64,000 nt of DNA, from NCBI GenBank assembly GCA_963798485.1, contig CAWCTR010000005.1, positions 70,718 through 134,717 of the forward strand. Reading direction: 5' to 3'. Within the stretch, counting starts at the first letter, position 1, and each line of letters starts with the position of its first letter. A model generated the notes under the pieces. That model saw nothing but the letters and a program-made list of their open reading frames with translations. It was not told the origin of the DNA and searched no databases. Shown in pieces: positions 47,616 to 58,879 of the stretch. The position numbers were made by a program, and so were the translations under genes. The stretch comes from an uncultured delta proteobacterium. Lineage in GTDB: Bacteria > Desulfobacterota > Desulfomonilia > UBA1062.

Positions 47616-49347
47616 GAAGAACCGGCCTAAGCGGAAGATCCTCGTAGTGGACGATGAGGAGAGCATCAGGTTCACCTTCTCCCATTTCCTGAAGGAGGCG
47701 GGCTATGATGTTGTTACTGCATCGGACCTCAAGAGTGCCCGGAAGATCCTTTTCCACACCCAGCTGGACCTCATTTTCATAGATATCGTGCTCGGGAGAG
47801 AATCGGGTCTGGACTTACTCAAGCAGGTGAAATCACTGTATCTGAAACATCCGGTAGTCATGATCACGGGTAAGCCCACCCTGGACAATGCCACCGATGC
47901 ACTCAGGCGCGGCGCCTTTGATTTCTTGATAAAGCCGGTGAGGAAAGATGATCTGCTGCGTGCCGTATCACTGGCCATCAGCCACAAGGCGCTTATCGAC
48001 GAGAAAGATCTGATAACGAGAGAAAAGGAGAAATACCGCACGAATCTGGAAGCCATCTTCCAGAGCGTGAACGACGCCATCATCACGGTGGATGAGAACA
48101 TGCGGGTCATCGATGCGAACCGGCACATCGAGACCATCAGCGGCATGCCCGTCAAGATGGTCGTAGGAAAGGCCTTTGACGACTGTTTCACCAAGTGCAG
48201 CCACAACTGCTCCAAGGTGATCAGGGAGACCCTGAAGCAGAGAAAGCCCATACGCGAACTGAGGATGGAATGCGAGCACCATGACCGGCCCAGGCAGGTG
48301 GTGCTGCTGTCCTGCTCCCCCCTGATGGACGACTCGGGCGAATTCATGGGGGCCGTGCTCGTGGTCAGGGACATCACCAGGCTCCACGACCTCGAGGAGG
48401 AGCTGAGGGACAGGAGCCGGTTCCACAACATCATCGGCAAGAGCGGGAAGGTCCAGAACATCTTCAAGCTGGTGGAGGCCCTGTCCGATCTCGAGACCAC
48501 GGTCCTCATAACGGGCGAGAGCGGGACCGGAAAGGAGTTGGTGGCGAACGCGTTGCACTATTCAGGGAAGAGGGCTCTCAAACCCTTCGTGAAGGTGAAC
48601 TGCGCAGCCCTGGCCGAGAACCTGCTGGAGAGCGAGCTCTTCGGGCATGTGAAAGGGGCGTTCACCGGTGCCATCAAGGACAAGCAGGGCAGGTTCGAGC
48701 TTGCAAAGACCGGCACCATCCTGCTGGACGAGATCGGGGACATCCCGCCGCGCATCCAGGCCAAGCTCCTGCGGGTCCTGGAGGCGAGGACGTACGAGCG
48801 CGTGGGCGATGCAGCCGTACGTAAGGTGGAGGCCCGGGTCATAGCCAGCACGAACCGGAACCTGAGGGAAAGGGTCAAGACAGGTGAATTCAGGGAAGAC
48901 CTGTACTACCGGCTCAACGTGGTGGAGATCAATCTCCCGCCCATGCGGGAGAGGCTGGATGACATACCGCTGCTCGTAGACCACTTCTGCACCATGTTCG
49001 AGGGCACGTTCAAGAAGATCATCAGCGGCATCTCCGAAGAGGTGATGAGGATATTCATCAACTATCCCTGGCCCGGAAACGTTCGGGAACTGGAGCATGC
49101 CATGGAGCACGCGTTCGTGCTGTGCAACGACCGTATCATCCTGCCGGAGCACCTCCCGCCGTACATGCTCGGCCCTGCGCAGAAGGCGGGAGCGGTGGAC
49201 AAGCGGTCAGGAGACGAGGCCGGGCTCATCCTCGATATCCTCACGCTGACCGACTGGAACATCGCCAAGGCCGCACGGATGCTCTCCATGAGCAGGCCCA
49301 CCCTGTACCGGAAGATTCAGGAGCACGGCATCAGCAAGCAGGGATGA
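47602..49347 (+). CDS. Sigma54-dependent response regulator (REC-PAS-AAA-Fis HTH)
   Basis: VVDDE, GESGTGKE, GAFTGA, LLDEIG, WPGNVREL, Fis HTH. Confidence 0.96.
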   Translation: MQDLEKNRPKRKILVVDDEESIRFTFSHFLKEAGYDVVTASDLKSARKILFHTQLDLIFIDIVLGRESGLDLLKQVKSLYLKHPVVMITGKPTLDNATDALRRGAFDFLIKPVRKDDLLRAVSLAISHKALIDEKDLITREKEKYRTNLEAIFQSVNDAIITVDENMRVIDANRHIETISGMPVKMVVGKAFDDCFTKCSHNCSKVIRETLKQRKPIRELRMECEHHDRPRQVVLLSCSPLMDDSGEFMGAVLVVRDITRLHDLEEELRDRSRFHNIIGKSGKVQNIFKLVEALSDLETTVLITGESGTGKELVANALHYSGKRALKPFVKVNCAALAENLLESELFGHVKGAFTGAIKDKQGRFELAKTGTILLDEIGDIPPRIQAKLLRVLEARTYERVGDAAVRKVEARVIASTNRNLRERVKTGEFREDLYYRLNVVEINLPPMRERLDDIPLLVDHFCTMFEGTFKKIISGISEEVMRIFINYPWPGNVRELEHAMEHAFVLCNDRIILPEHLPPYMLGPAQKAGAVDKRSGDEAGLILDILTLTDWNIAKAARMLSMSRPTLYRKIQEHGISKQG

Positions 49348-49488
49348 GGCGGATCCATAGTGGAGATTTCATCTGAAAACATCTGGTTTTTTTGTCATGT
49401 TGAAACTGTTTATCTATCGCAGAGATCTTCACTTTCATTGTATAATGAAAAGGAAATCAATTTGAACTTTATCAAAGATTTAAATCAA

Positions 49489-49878
49489 TTAGTTACCGCT
49501 CTGTTTTTCTGGGCAAAGATATATAAATGCCACCGTATTCTGAAAAGGTTGGTCTGATGTTGTTGTCCAGTATGGTCTATCAGGATTATGTGGTGCTAAA
49601 TCGTGTTGTATATGTCCAGTAAGAGTAGTAACAATCATGGCTGTATTCCCCCCTTTTTCTACAGCTATTCTTCTAATCACAAGTTCTGTCCCATTAACCA
49701 CTGCTAGCAGCTTACATGTTTTACAAAAGGTTTGATCATTATAGCTAGTGTATACAATGCTTATGTTGCGTTCTGCGTCAGTCAGTTCTATTTGTTTTGG
49801 CGGAATGTTTTGTGTGGAAGCACAACTATAAATGATAGAACTACTACACAAAATTAATAATAAAATGATTTTCTTCAC
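49489..49878 (-). CDS. Small low-GC lipoprotein
   Basis: IIYSC lipobox; C..CK, GGNT, terminal YLCP. Confidence 0.7.
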   Translation of the reverse strand: MKKIILLLILCSSSIIYSCASTQNIPPKQIELTDAERNISIVYTSYNDQTFCKTCKLLAVVNGTELVIRRIAVEKGGNTAMIVTTLTGHIQHDLAPHNPDRPYWTTTSDQPFQNTVAFIYLCPEKQSGN

Positions 49879-50339
49879 TCAACGTCCTTAAAAGAAGTAC
49901 GTTTTTGGCGCACAATATCACCGCTAATTTCTACACTGCTGTAACCTGGAAAAACTCCAACCGACAACGTCGCTGGAAACCAATTCCACTCATTTTTTTT
50001 GGCAATTACTATTAGATTTATAACTGCTTCTCCGTTTGCTTCTTCGATCTGCTTCTCTAATGGCTCAGAGATGTCCTGCGTAACCTTGGTTAAAGGAAGG
50101 ATACGGGAAAACATGTGAATAGTCGTGTAGGTATAAGAAAATTTACCCACGACCTCAATATTTTCTTCTTTCAAAATATTTCCATTTGCATCTCTGACGA
50201 TAGGGGAGAAAGAAACAGGATAACGTACAGTTGGAGCTATGAGATAACCTCTTGATCCTGCCGTGCACCCGGAGATAAAAGCCATACATATCAATATAGT
50301 TATTGAACATGTGACCATGGCCTTATAATTTATTCTCAT
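49875..50339 (-). CDS. Small low-GC lipoprotein
   Basis: FISGC lipobox; GEAVINL..ISGDIV; overlaps next gene by 4 nt. Confidence 0.72.
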   Translation of the reverse strand: MRINYKAMVTCSITILICMAFISGCTAGSRGYLIAPTVRYPVSFSPIVRDANGNILKEENIEVVGKFSYTYTTIHMFSRILPLTKVTQDISEPLEKQIEEANGEAVINLIVIAKKNEWNWFPATLSVGVFPGYSSVEISGDIVRQKRTSFKDVE

Positions 50340-50344
50340 TTAGA

Positions 50345-50827
50345 TCATTCCTTTGTTTTGAGCTGATCATTAATATCAGTTAATTTATCAATATGACCTT
50401 TCATCAAAATGTGTGTTCTATCTGTAACTAGCATAATAAAATACCAACTATTTGTGGTTGTTTCCATCTGATCAACATAAACATTCATCTGTGGATCATT
50501 CAAGGTATTTTGAAGAATGGTAGTGTCTACAAGGGTTGGAGAAGATGCAGATTCAATGGTATTCGCAGTTTTCATATCAACGACAATATCAGATTGATAC
50601 ATCAAATCAATTTCGATCGGGATGTTTAGCTTTTGTGTCTCAGGCAATTTGGCTTGCTCTGATCCTTTTGAAATCCTGTCGACAGAGTTCAATAACACCG
50701 GTATTCGACATTGTTTTGCTGTAAATAAAATAGCTTTATTGCTAGCACATGAGATAATTTGCAATGGTAACGCTAATAATAGCCCCATGAAGAATATTTT
50801 GCAGACAATAAATCTAGATCCCTTCAT
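50345..50827 (-). CDS. Small low-GC lipoprotein
   Basis: IISC lipobox; first gene of the triplet. Confidence 0.68.
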   Translation of the reverse strand: MKGSRFIVCKIFFMGLLLALPLQIISCASNKAILFTAKQCRIPVLLNSVDRISKGSEQAKLPETQKLNIPIEIDLMYQSDIVVDMKTANTIESASSPTLVDTTILQNTLNDPQMNVYVDQMETTTNSWYFIMLVTDRTHILMKGHIDKLTDINDQLKTKE

Positions 50828-51424
50828 AGTGACATCCTATTAAATTATTGTTGATAACAAAGTGTTAATCTCAGCCTGGTTAATTCCTCGCAGCTGCTGC
50901 GAGGTAGTTCATTATTTTCTTTTATCTTTATATTATACCTGAATAATATAAAGGCGCAATTGTAAAAATTTATTTTAGGTCTTATGAATAGTGAAGTTAT
51001 AGTCCAAAGCAGATGAAAATTAGCTGTTGTAAATTATAACAAAAGTCACAAATAAATTAAGATCCAAGGTGAGTATCACGGTGTACAATGGGCTTACAGT
51101 CGCAGGTGATGCTTGTTGTTAAAGTATAGATCTCGTGCCATAGGTCACGATTTCTGATTATTGAATATTTCTTCAGCAGATCTATGCTTTACAGGGGATA
51201 ATCCAGAGTAATGATATCTATAAGTACTATTATGTTCAAAATCATTCAAGTTAGAACAAGTTGTGGGAAGGCATCTTAAACTCAGTCTATGGGAAGTCTA
51301 CATCAATAACCGGAAACACCATGGACCATCGCCTTGCATTGCCTGCTCTGCAGCAATTCCTTGTAACATCCAGCATGATAATCCTCTAACGCTGCATTAT
51401 TTACACTTGTGTCCGTTACACAGC

Positions 51425-51439
51425 TGTAAAAACGTTACA
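51425..51439. promoter_or_regulatory. Candidate enhancer site for a sigma54 activator
   Basis: Palindrome TGTAA-AAACG-TTACA about 75 bp upstream of the -24 element. Confidence 0.5.
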
Positions 51440-51513
51440 AGATTCATGGGGAAAACGATCCTCCTGACTATACAATTCACTGGAATTGCTCCATAAGTTA
51501 TTTTCTCCCCCTC

Positions 51514-51531
51514 TTGGCATGAAATTTTCAT
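51514..51531 (+). promoter_or_regulatory. Candidate sigma54 promoter with non-canonical -12
   Basis: TTGGCATGAAATTTTCAT versus TGGCACG-N4-TTGCW; TC replaces GC. Confidence 0.5.
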
Positions 51532-51601
51532 TATAGGGGATCAGCAGCCTATTAAAGGCAGCGGTTTCTCAAGTAATCTATTTCACTAATGGTGTGGTGA
51601 C

Positions 51602-51967
51602 ATGAAGAGAAGAGGGAAGCGGGAATATCCCATCAAGCTCATCAAGTTCAACGACCTCGACCGCGAGATCGATTCGGCGGGCAAGCCCGTTCTCATGCTG
51701 TGCATCCGCAGGGACTACGAGTTCATCAGCCAGACGGGTCTGATCAGGGATGTGCTCGGCAGGATGGCCCAAGGGTTTCCCATCGACCTGAAGGTCTGCC
51801 TGGTGGACGAAGAATCGCACCCAGCGCTCAAGGAAAGGTTCGATCTCCAGGGCAGCCCCGCCTTCCTGCTCTTCGAAAAAGGTAAGGAAAAGGGTCGTCT
51901 GCTGGGTGTTGCGGACGAGGAGCAGGTCAAGGGGTTTCTCAACACTGAGCTGGGCTGGAGCACCTAA
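51602..51967 (+). CDS. Thioredoxin-fold protein lacking CxxC
   Basis: KPVL..VDEE..LKERFDLQGSPAFLLFEKG..RLLG. Confidence 0.7.
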   Translation: MKRRGKREYPIKLIKFNDLDREIDSAGKPVLMLCIRRDYEFISQTGLIRDVLGRMAQGFPIDLKVCLVDEESHPALKERFDLQGSPAFLLFEKGKEKGRLLGVADEEQVKGFLNTELGWST

Positions 51968-52010
51968 GCACGGCTCGAGTTGAATCTCATAGACAGGAGG
52001 AGAGAAAGGT

Positions 52011-53270
52011 ATGCCGAACATAGATGATTTTATCAGGCCGAAAGAATGGGTTTCCGATTTCGTGACCGATATCGGGAAAGTGTTGAGGGAGTGGGGGAAG
52101 GACAAATATTTACCGGTCAGACAGAAGATCGACGAGGATTGGACGCACCACAAGATCGTCAAACCCCTGTTGAAAGAGGTACTCGTCGATCTTGGGATTA
52201 ACTCTGCATTTTTCCCGTACGAGGTGGGTGGGACTGATATCCCAGATGCCTGCACACTGATCTGCGTTCTTGGTGAGGAGGGGGCGAGAATTGACTCAGG
52301 ATTCACTGTTGCCTGCCTGTGTTCCGTATGGCCAATGCTGCCAATCATATTGAAACCTCACCGCAATATGAAACTTCTTGAGGAATTTGGACCGAAATTC
52401 TGTGGCTCCGAGCTGTATGTTGGCTGCAATGCCATGACAGAGCCTGCCAGCGGGGCGGACATTGAGAACATTGACCGGATGCAGGGCAAGACCATTCAGA
52501 CGACCGCAAAACTCGAAGGTGATGAATGGGTGATCAACGGCCACAAGATATGGCCTACAAACTCAGGCGACGTGGCAAACCTTTACGGCGTGGTGTGCAC
52601 CACGAAGAAGGGGTCAACGAACCTGAACGACTTTGCCTTCATTTACGTGCCCGCTGATACAAAAGGGGTCTCAGTCGGAAGTCCTTATCAGAAGGCAGGG
52701 ATGGCGGCAGACATGAATACTGATATCTGGTTTGATCATGTGCGTGTGCCGAAGAGATATCGCGCGCATGGACCAGGCGATGATCTGAAATATTTCAAAG
52801 AGATGATAACCTATGGGAACATGGGGACTGCCGCAATGTGTCTGGGGGTAATGAAAAACGTCTATGAGATCATCAAAAAATGGACAACGGAGAGGATCAT
52901 TGCAGGAAAACCACTGAAAGAGCACAGTATGGTTGCAGCAGCACTTTCTGAGATCGCTATCCTCATCGAGGCGACATCTGCATGGATCCATATGTACGCA
53001 CGGGAAGTTGATCGCCCAGACATCTATGGAACAAATCCGTGGGATGACACGCTGGTGCATAAGACACGCGGACTATCCACATTTGCCTGTAAGGCAGTTG
53101 AGAAAGTCTGCAGCACAGCCATGGATTACATGGGCTCGTACGGTTACTCGAGAGAATTTGATCTTGAGAAGCACTGGAGGGACGGCAAAATGCTGGGACT
53201 CTGGATGGGCGGCCTGGGTTTGAAGCAGATGGAGAATGCCAGATACTGGTATGAGCTGGAGACGTTATAG
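52011..53270 (+). CDS. Acyl-CoA dehydrogenase
   Basis: AMTEPASGAD, WVINGHKIWPTN, MGSYGYSREFDLEKHWRD. Confidence 0.93.
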   Translation: MPNIDDFIRPKEWVSDFVTDIGKVLREWGKDKYLPVRQKIDEDWTHHKIVKPLLKEVLVDLGINSAFFPYEVGGTDIPDACTLICVLGEEGARIDSGFTVACLCSVWPMLPIILKPHRNMKLLEEFGPKFCGSELYVGCNAMTEPASGADIENIDRMQGKTIQTTAKLEGDEWVINGHKIWPTNSGDVANLYGVVCTTKKGSTNLNDFAFIYVPADTKGVSVGSPYQKAGMAADMNTDIWFDHVRVPKRYRAHGPGDDLKYFKEMITYGNMGTAAMCLGVMKNVYEIIKKWTTERIIAGKPLKEHSMVAAALSEIAILIEATSAWIHMYAREVDRPDIYGTNPWDDTLVHKTRGLSTFACKAVEKVCSTAMDYMGSYGYSREFDLEKHWRDGKMLGLWMGGLGLKQMENARYWYELETL

Positions 53271-53327
53271 GCAAGGGATACAATAACCAGAATTTATGAA
53301 AGAAAAAATCAATTAGGAGGTGAACCA

Positions 53328-53750
53328 ATGGCTCTATATCCATCGCAGGAATGGTGTGATGCATGGAAAAATGCAATGAACAATGATCCGGCATGTGTGG
53401 AAAACGGGAAAAATTGGGCCCTGGATTTTCCAGGTGATTTTCTTTTTGAGGTCACCCCGGGATCAGGGCTGGATAAGACACACTACATTTATGCCAACAT
53501 CAAAGGGGGCAAGTGTCTTGAATTGAAAATGCTCGATAGCCCAGGGGAAATAAAGCCTGGGTTCTATGTCACCGGCACCTATGGCGACTTTAAACCGGTG
53601 GTTAAGGGTGAAAAAGACTTTATAGAAGGCGTTGTTCGGGCGCTCTTCAAACTGAAGGGGGATATGGGAAAGATCATGCGCAATGCCAAATACATCCGGG
53701 CAATGGCAGCTTCCATAAGCTCATTCAAGAACGAGTATCTCGGCGAGTGA
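53328..53750 (+). CDS. SCP2 sterol/lipid-binding domain protein
   Basis: YPSQEW..W...N, FKLKGDMGKIMR. Confidence 0.82.
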   Translation: MALYPSQEWCDAWKNAMNNDPACVENGKNWALDFPGDFLFEVTPGSGLDKTHYIYANIKGGKCLELKMLDSPGEIKPGFYVTGTYGDFKPVVKGEKDFIEGVVRALFKLKGDMGKIMRNAKYIRAMAASISSFKNEYLGE

Positions 53751-53770
53751 GGGCCGGATAAGGAGACCAA

Positions 53771-54133
53771 ATGGGAGAGATCCACATTATCGGCGATCTC
53801 AACGGCCTGGGTGCCGCTCTGCTGCCTATTATGGAACAAAACATCGACAACCCGGAGCGCATGAAGAAGATCAACAAGATTTCGGGCAGTCTCACGGCGA
53901 CGGAGAAGAGCACCGGTGTGGCGATCACCATTATCTTCGACAAGGGGAGCATATCGATTAAGGATGGCCCGGTTGAGAAACCCTCGGCAGCGTTGTGGGC
54001 CGACTTCGATACCGTGGCCGCATACAGTTGCGGCGATCTCAATCCCATCGTGGGTGTGCTCAAGGGCAGGATCAAGGTGCGGGGAAACATCCTCAAACTC
54101 CTGAAGATGGCGACCATCGTTCGGTCTGACTAA
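53771..54133 (+). CDS. SCP2 sterol/lipid-binding domain protein
   Basis: GDLNPIVGVLKGRIKVRGN. Confidence 0.82.
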   Translation: MGEIHIIGDLNGLGAALLPIMEQNIDNPERMKKINKISGSLTATEKSTGVAITIIFDKGSISIKDGPVEKPSAALWADFDTVAAYSCGDLNPIVGVLKGRIKVRGNILKLLKMATIVRSD

Positions 54134-54154
54134 AGACAGCAAGGAGAAAAGAAC

Positions 54155-56015
54155 ATGTCCGGTTTCATGGGAAAGATTCTCAGGGTGGATCTGACACACA
54201 GGAAGGTATCGGAAGAGCCTCTTAACAGAGGAGATGCCTCCCTCCTCCTGGGAGGGTGCGGTCTAGCCACCAAGTACCTTTTCCAGGAGCTCAAACCCGG
54301 CGTTGACCCGCTCGGACCCGAGAACAAGCTCATCTTCATGTCGGGGCCTTTAACCGGAACGCTCTCACCAAGCTCCGGCAAGTATAATGCCGTCACCAAG
54401 TCCCCGCTGACAGGCCTCTGGGGCCAGTCGGGCTCCGGCGGAAAGTGGGGCAGGGAGCTCAAGAGGAGCGGCTTTGACGGCATCATCATCGAGGGGGCCT
54501 CCGAAAAACCAGTCTACCTCATCATTGACAATGGCAAAGTTACATTCAACGATGCTTCCGGGCTCTGGGGGAAGGATGTGTTTGACACCACGACAATCCT
54601 CGAACAGCAGCTCGGCAAGGGCTTCTGCATCGCCTGCATCGGCACGGGTGGGGAAAACCTCGTCAGGTATGCCACCATCATGAACGAGCGCCATCGGGCG
54701 CTGGGCCGGGGCGGATTCGGCGCCGTGATGGGTTCCAAGAAGCTCAAGGCGGTTGCGGTCAAGGGCGAGATGAAAATCCCGATCTTTGACAAGGATGCCT
54801 TCGAAGCGGCGGCGAAGGTTGCCTCCGATTTCATCGATGAAAGCCTCCTCAAGATAACGCTCGAGGTGTACGGCACCTCCATGGTGCTCGACCTCGTCAA
54901 CGTCAAGGGCGGCCTTCCCACGCGCAACTGGCAGAGCGGTGTCTGCGCATATGCAGACAAGATTAATGCACCGGCCATCAATGATAAGATCCTGGTGGGG
55001 AGGAAGGCGTGCTTTGCCTGCCCCATCGCCTGCGGCAGGCTCATTGACATAAAAACCGGAAAATACGCCATCAAGGGTGAGGGACCGGAGTACGAGAGCA
55101 TCGGCACCTTCGGGTCCATGTGCGATATCAGTGACATCGAGGCCATCACCTATGCCCACATCCTGTGCAACGACCTGGGTCTCGACACGGTCTCAGCAGG
55201 CAGTACCATCGCCTTTGCCATGGAGTGCTACGAGAAGGGGATACTCAAGAAGAAGGACACGGGAGGCAAGGAGATCCTGTTCGGCAATGCGGACACCATG
55301 GTTGACCTGGTCCGCAGCATTGCTGCCAGGCAGGGTATAGGCGACCTCATGGCCGAGGGTACCAGACGCATGGCCGCTCAGCTCGGGCATGGCAGCGAGC
55401 GGTTCGCCATGAATGTCAAGGGCATGGAGCTGCCCGCCTATGACTGCAGGGCCACAAAGATCACCGGCCTGGCGTATGTCACGGCAAACAGGGGCGGCGA
55501 CCATATAACTGCCTACGTTCAAGGGCCTACATTCCTGGACATCCCCTTCCTCATCGTGGAGGAGAACACCATCGAGGACGTCACAAAGGAAAACCCTCTG
55601 GAGGCCAAGGTCGTCAAGGACATGGAAGACGCCCTGACCACCTTCGATGCGCTGGGCGCCTGCAAGTTCATGGGCATGGCCCTCATGGCCGACGATATCG
55701 TGCCCGTGATCAACAGCTGCCACGGGATGGAACCTCGATGTGGCCGGGTTCAGGCGCTCGGGTGAGCGGATCTTCAACCTGGCCCGTGCGTTCAACGTGC
55801 GTGAGGGGTTGAGGAGGAAGGACGACACCCTGCCCAAAAGGCTGCTCGAAGATCCCCTGCCCGACGGCCCTGCAGCAGGGCTTACCGTGGACCTCGATCC
55901 GCTGCTCGACGCCTACTACGAATTCAGGGGATGGGACATGCAGACCGGGATACCCACAAGAGAGAAGCTTCATGAACTGGGACTGGACTTCGTGATCGAC
56001 GAGTTGGGAGACTGA
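54155..56015 (+). CDS. aor: Tungsten aldehyde:ferredoxin oxidoreductase (apparent +1 frameshift near 55714)
   Basis: GKILRVDL, KSPLTG, GRGGFGAVMGSKKLK, CFACPIAC, GPEYE; C-terminus GERIFNL..DTLPKR..YYEFRGWD in next frame. Confidence 0.92.
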
Positions 56016-56018
56016 AGA

Positions 56019-57714
56019 ATGAGTGAAAACAACAAGAGACCATGGATCAAGAACTACAAGCTCGGACCGTTCGACCTGGCGGATACCATGGCACCGTATC
56101 CGGTGGTGTCGCTCAGTGCCATCTTCGATGAGACAGCTGCAAAATATGCGAAGAGGGCGGCATGCGAGTATCTGGGGAAGAAATATACCTGGGAGGAGCT
56201 GAAGAACCTGGTGGACAGGCTCGCCAACGCCCTGGCAGGCCTCGGCATCGTCAAGGGGGACAGGGTGGCGACCATCCTGCCCACATCACCCCAGTTCATC
56301 ATCAGCGATTATGCGATCCTCAGGGCAGGTGCGGTCCACGTGCCGTGCAGCCCGCTGCACCGCAGCAGGGAGCTCGCCTACGAGATCGGCCAGTCCGGCG
56401 CGAAGATTCTCATCTGTCTCGAAGAATCTCTCGATCTCGTGAGTTCCATACGGGACAAGACTGCGCTCGATCACATCATTGTAACCACAGTGCAGGACTT
56501 CTCTGCAGAAGAGCCGGCCGTCAAGGAGATACCCGGGACGCTCCAGCTCAGGAAGGTGATTGCGGACCATGAGCCCATGCGGGCTGCGGTCAGCGTGAAC
56601 CCGAAAGAGGACCTTGCAGAGCTCGTATTCACCGGCGGCGCCACAGGTGTGCCCAAGGGGGTCATGTTGACACACCACAACCTGGTCACGAACACGATCC
56701 AGGCATTGCCCTGGGTCCTCAAACCCCTGGAGAAGGGGATAATCGGCAAGGCATCCATGCTCATCGGGATACCCACGTTCCACTCCTACGGTCACTGGAC
56801 CATCAGGGCGTCCGTGTTCTGGGGGCTCCAGATGCTCCTGCTGCCGGACTCGAGGGACACGGACACCATCGTATACTTTCTGAAGAAGTACCGGCCCTTC
56901 ATGGCGCCCCTGGTCCCCACCCAGTATATGCGGCTCGTGGAGAAGAAGATCGGCAGGACGAACACGACCTTTACATCAGGGGCGGCGCCTTTGCCCGAGA
57001 AGGTGAGGGCTAATTTCAAGAAGGAGACCGGCATGCCCATCACCGAGGCATATGGGCTGACCGAGACCAGCCCGGTTACGCACTTCAATGTGTCCAGCTT
57101 CTCGAAGATAACCGGCTTCATGCCCTTCGAGAAGGTCGGCTCCATCGGGGTGCCTGTGGTAGACACCGATGCCAGGGTTGTGGACGATGCCACGGGAAAA
57201 GACCTCGGACCGGGCGAGGTGGGGGAGCTCTACGTGCGCGGCCCCCAGGTGATGAAGGGGTACTGGCCCACGCCGGGCTCCGGCCTCATTGACGGCTGGC
57301 TCAGGACCGGCGACCTCTGCAGGATGGACGATGACGGGTACTTCTTTCTCGTGGACCGCGACAAGGACATGGTGAATGTCTCGGGCAACAAGGTCTACAC
57401 CACACTCGTCGACACGGTTCTCTTCGAGCATGCCTCTGTGGCCAGTGCGGTGGCCATCGGCGTCCCCGACCCGGAGCGGGACGGCAGCGAGCGGATCAAG
57501 GCATTTGTTGTCCTCAAGGACGGCTGCCAAGGCATGACAACGGAATCGGACATCATCGAGCACTGCAGGAACAACCTGGCACCATATGCCGTACCGAAGT
57601 CTGTGGAGTTCCGGGACAACCTCCCCCTGACTGTGACTGAGAAGCTCTTCAAGCGCCAGGCTCAGGGAGGAGGAGATCGAGAAGCAGAAGAAAGGGACAG
57701 GAATAATCAGATGA
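56019..57714 (+). CDS. Long-chain acyl-CoA ligase (AMP-forming; apparent extra G near 57660)
   Basis: FTGGATGVPKG, YGLTE, TGD, APYAVP; corrected end KRQLREEEIEKQKKGTGIIR*. Confidence 0.92.
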
Positions 57715-57741
57715 GCTTAATCTCTCAAGAAGGAGGTTTCT

Positions 57742-58875
57742 ATGACGGCCCTTGAAGAACTGAAATCACTTCCAGAACGTGACAAGAACCCATACCTTGC
57801 GAAGTGGAAAGAAAAAGGTGGCCACATCGTGGGGTACACGTGCCACTATGCCCCGGCAGAGATCCTTTATGCTGCGGGAATATTCCCCTACCGTATGGAG
57901 GCAAGGGGGTGCACCGAGACAGGACTCGCGGACGTGTACTACCACCGGTTCAACTGCACCTACTCCCGCTGCCTCCTCCAGGAAGGTCTCTCAGGTAGGT
58001 ATGATTTTCTGGACGGACTGTGCTTCCTGAACGGGTGCGAGCAGATACGGCGCATGTACGAGGTATGGGACAAGCATGTTCCGGCAACCGACTACCTGTA
58101 CATGGTGACCATACCTCATTCCATCCATGATAACGGATTTGAGTGGTATCTGGAAGAGATCCACAATTTTAGCGAGGAGATCCGAAGGGACTTTGCCCCT
58201 CGGTTGTTTACCGACGAATTGGTGAATGCCATACAGGTCTACAACGAATCGAAGCGTCTGGTGCAGGAGCTATATGAGATAAGGAAGGCTGAGAAAGTCC
58301 CCATCAGCGGTACAGATGCCTTGAAGATCGTCCTGTCTGCCGGCATCATGCCTAGAGACAGGTATAACATACTGCTCAGGGATGCTCTCGACGAGATCAA
58401 GACTAAGGACGGTTCCTCGGACTATAAGGCCAGGATCATGGTCGGGGGCTCGGAACTGGACAACCCTCAGCTCTTTGAGATCATAGAAAACCTGGGGGCG
58501 ATCGTCGTCACCGATACCCTCTGCTCAGGATCCCGAAGTTTTCAAAACCAGGTTGAGACACCGAAAAACGGTAATCCCTTCGATGCCATTGCGAGAAGCT
58601 ATTACTACAGCAATCCATGCCCGCGGATGCTGGGTCATTTTGAAGAGCGGTGCGCATACACCGAGAAGACGGCAAGAGAAGCCAATGTCGACGGGATAAT
58701 TCTTCAGAAGATCGTGTTCTGCGACAACCATGCGGTGGACTCCACCATGATAGCGGATGAGCTTGAGCCCAAAGGGATCCCGGTGCTCAATCTCGACAGG
58801 GACCATATGCTGAGCGATGTCGGGAGGCTGAGGACGAGGATCGAGGCATTCATAGAGAGAGTTTCCAGGAGGTAG
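57742..58875 (+). CDS. 2-hydroxyacyl-CoA dehydratase / aryl-CoA reductase subunit (BcrC/BzdN-like)
   Basis: YAPAEILYAAG, C.Y.R, CSGSR, FCDNH, RTRIEAFIE. Confidence 0.88.
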   Translation: MTALEELKSLPERDKNPYLAKWKEKGGHIVGYTCHYAPAEILYAAGIFPYRMEARGCTETGLADVYYHRFNCTYSRCLLQEGLSGRYDFLDGLCFLNGCEQIRRMYEVWDKHVPATDYLYMVTIPHSIHDNGFEWYLEEIHNFSEEIRRDFAPRLFTDELVNAIQVYNESKRLVQELYEIRKAEKVPISGTDALKIVLSAGIMPRDRYNILLRDALDEIKTKDGSSDYKARIMVGGSELDNPQLFEIIENLGAIVVTDTLCSGSRSFQNQVETPKNGNPFDAIARSYYYSNPCPRMLGHFEERCAYTEKTAREANVDGIILQKIVFCDNHAVDSTMIADELEPKGIPVLNLDRDHMLSDVGRLRTRIEAFIERVSRR

Positions 58876-58879
58876 AGCC

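Noticed and set aside
45144-49301. Long antisense ORFs over the kinase and regulator, and similar ones elsewhere
   Set aside because: Shadow frames of GC-rich coding sequence
51123-51140. Minus-strand TGGCACG as sigma54 promoter for the lipoprotein triplet
   Set aside because: No TTGC-like -12 element at the required spacing
54155-56015. AOR-family gene as class II benzoyl-CoA reductase BamB
   Set aside because: Motifs fit canonical AOR and no BamC-I partner genes are in view; phylogeny would be needed to exclude it fully
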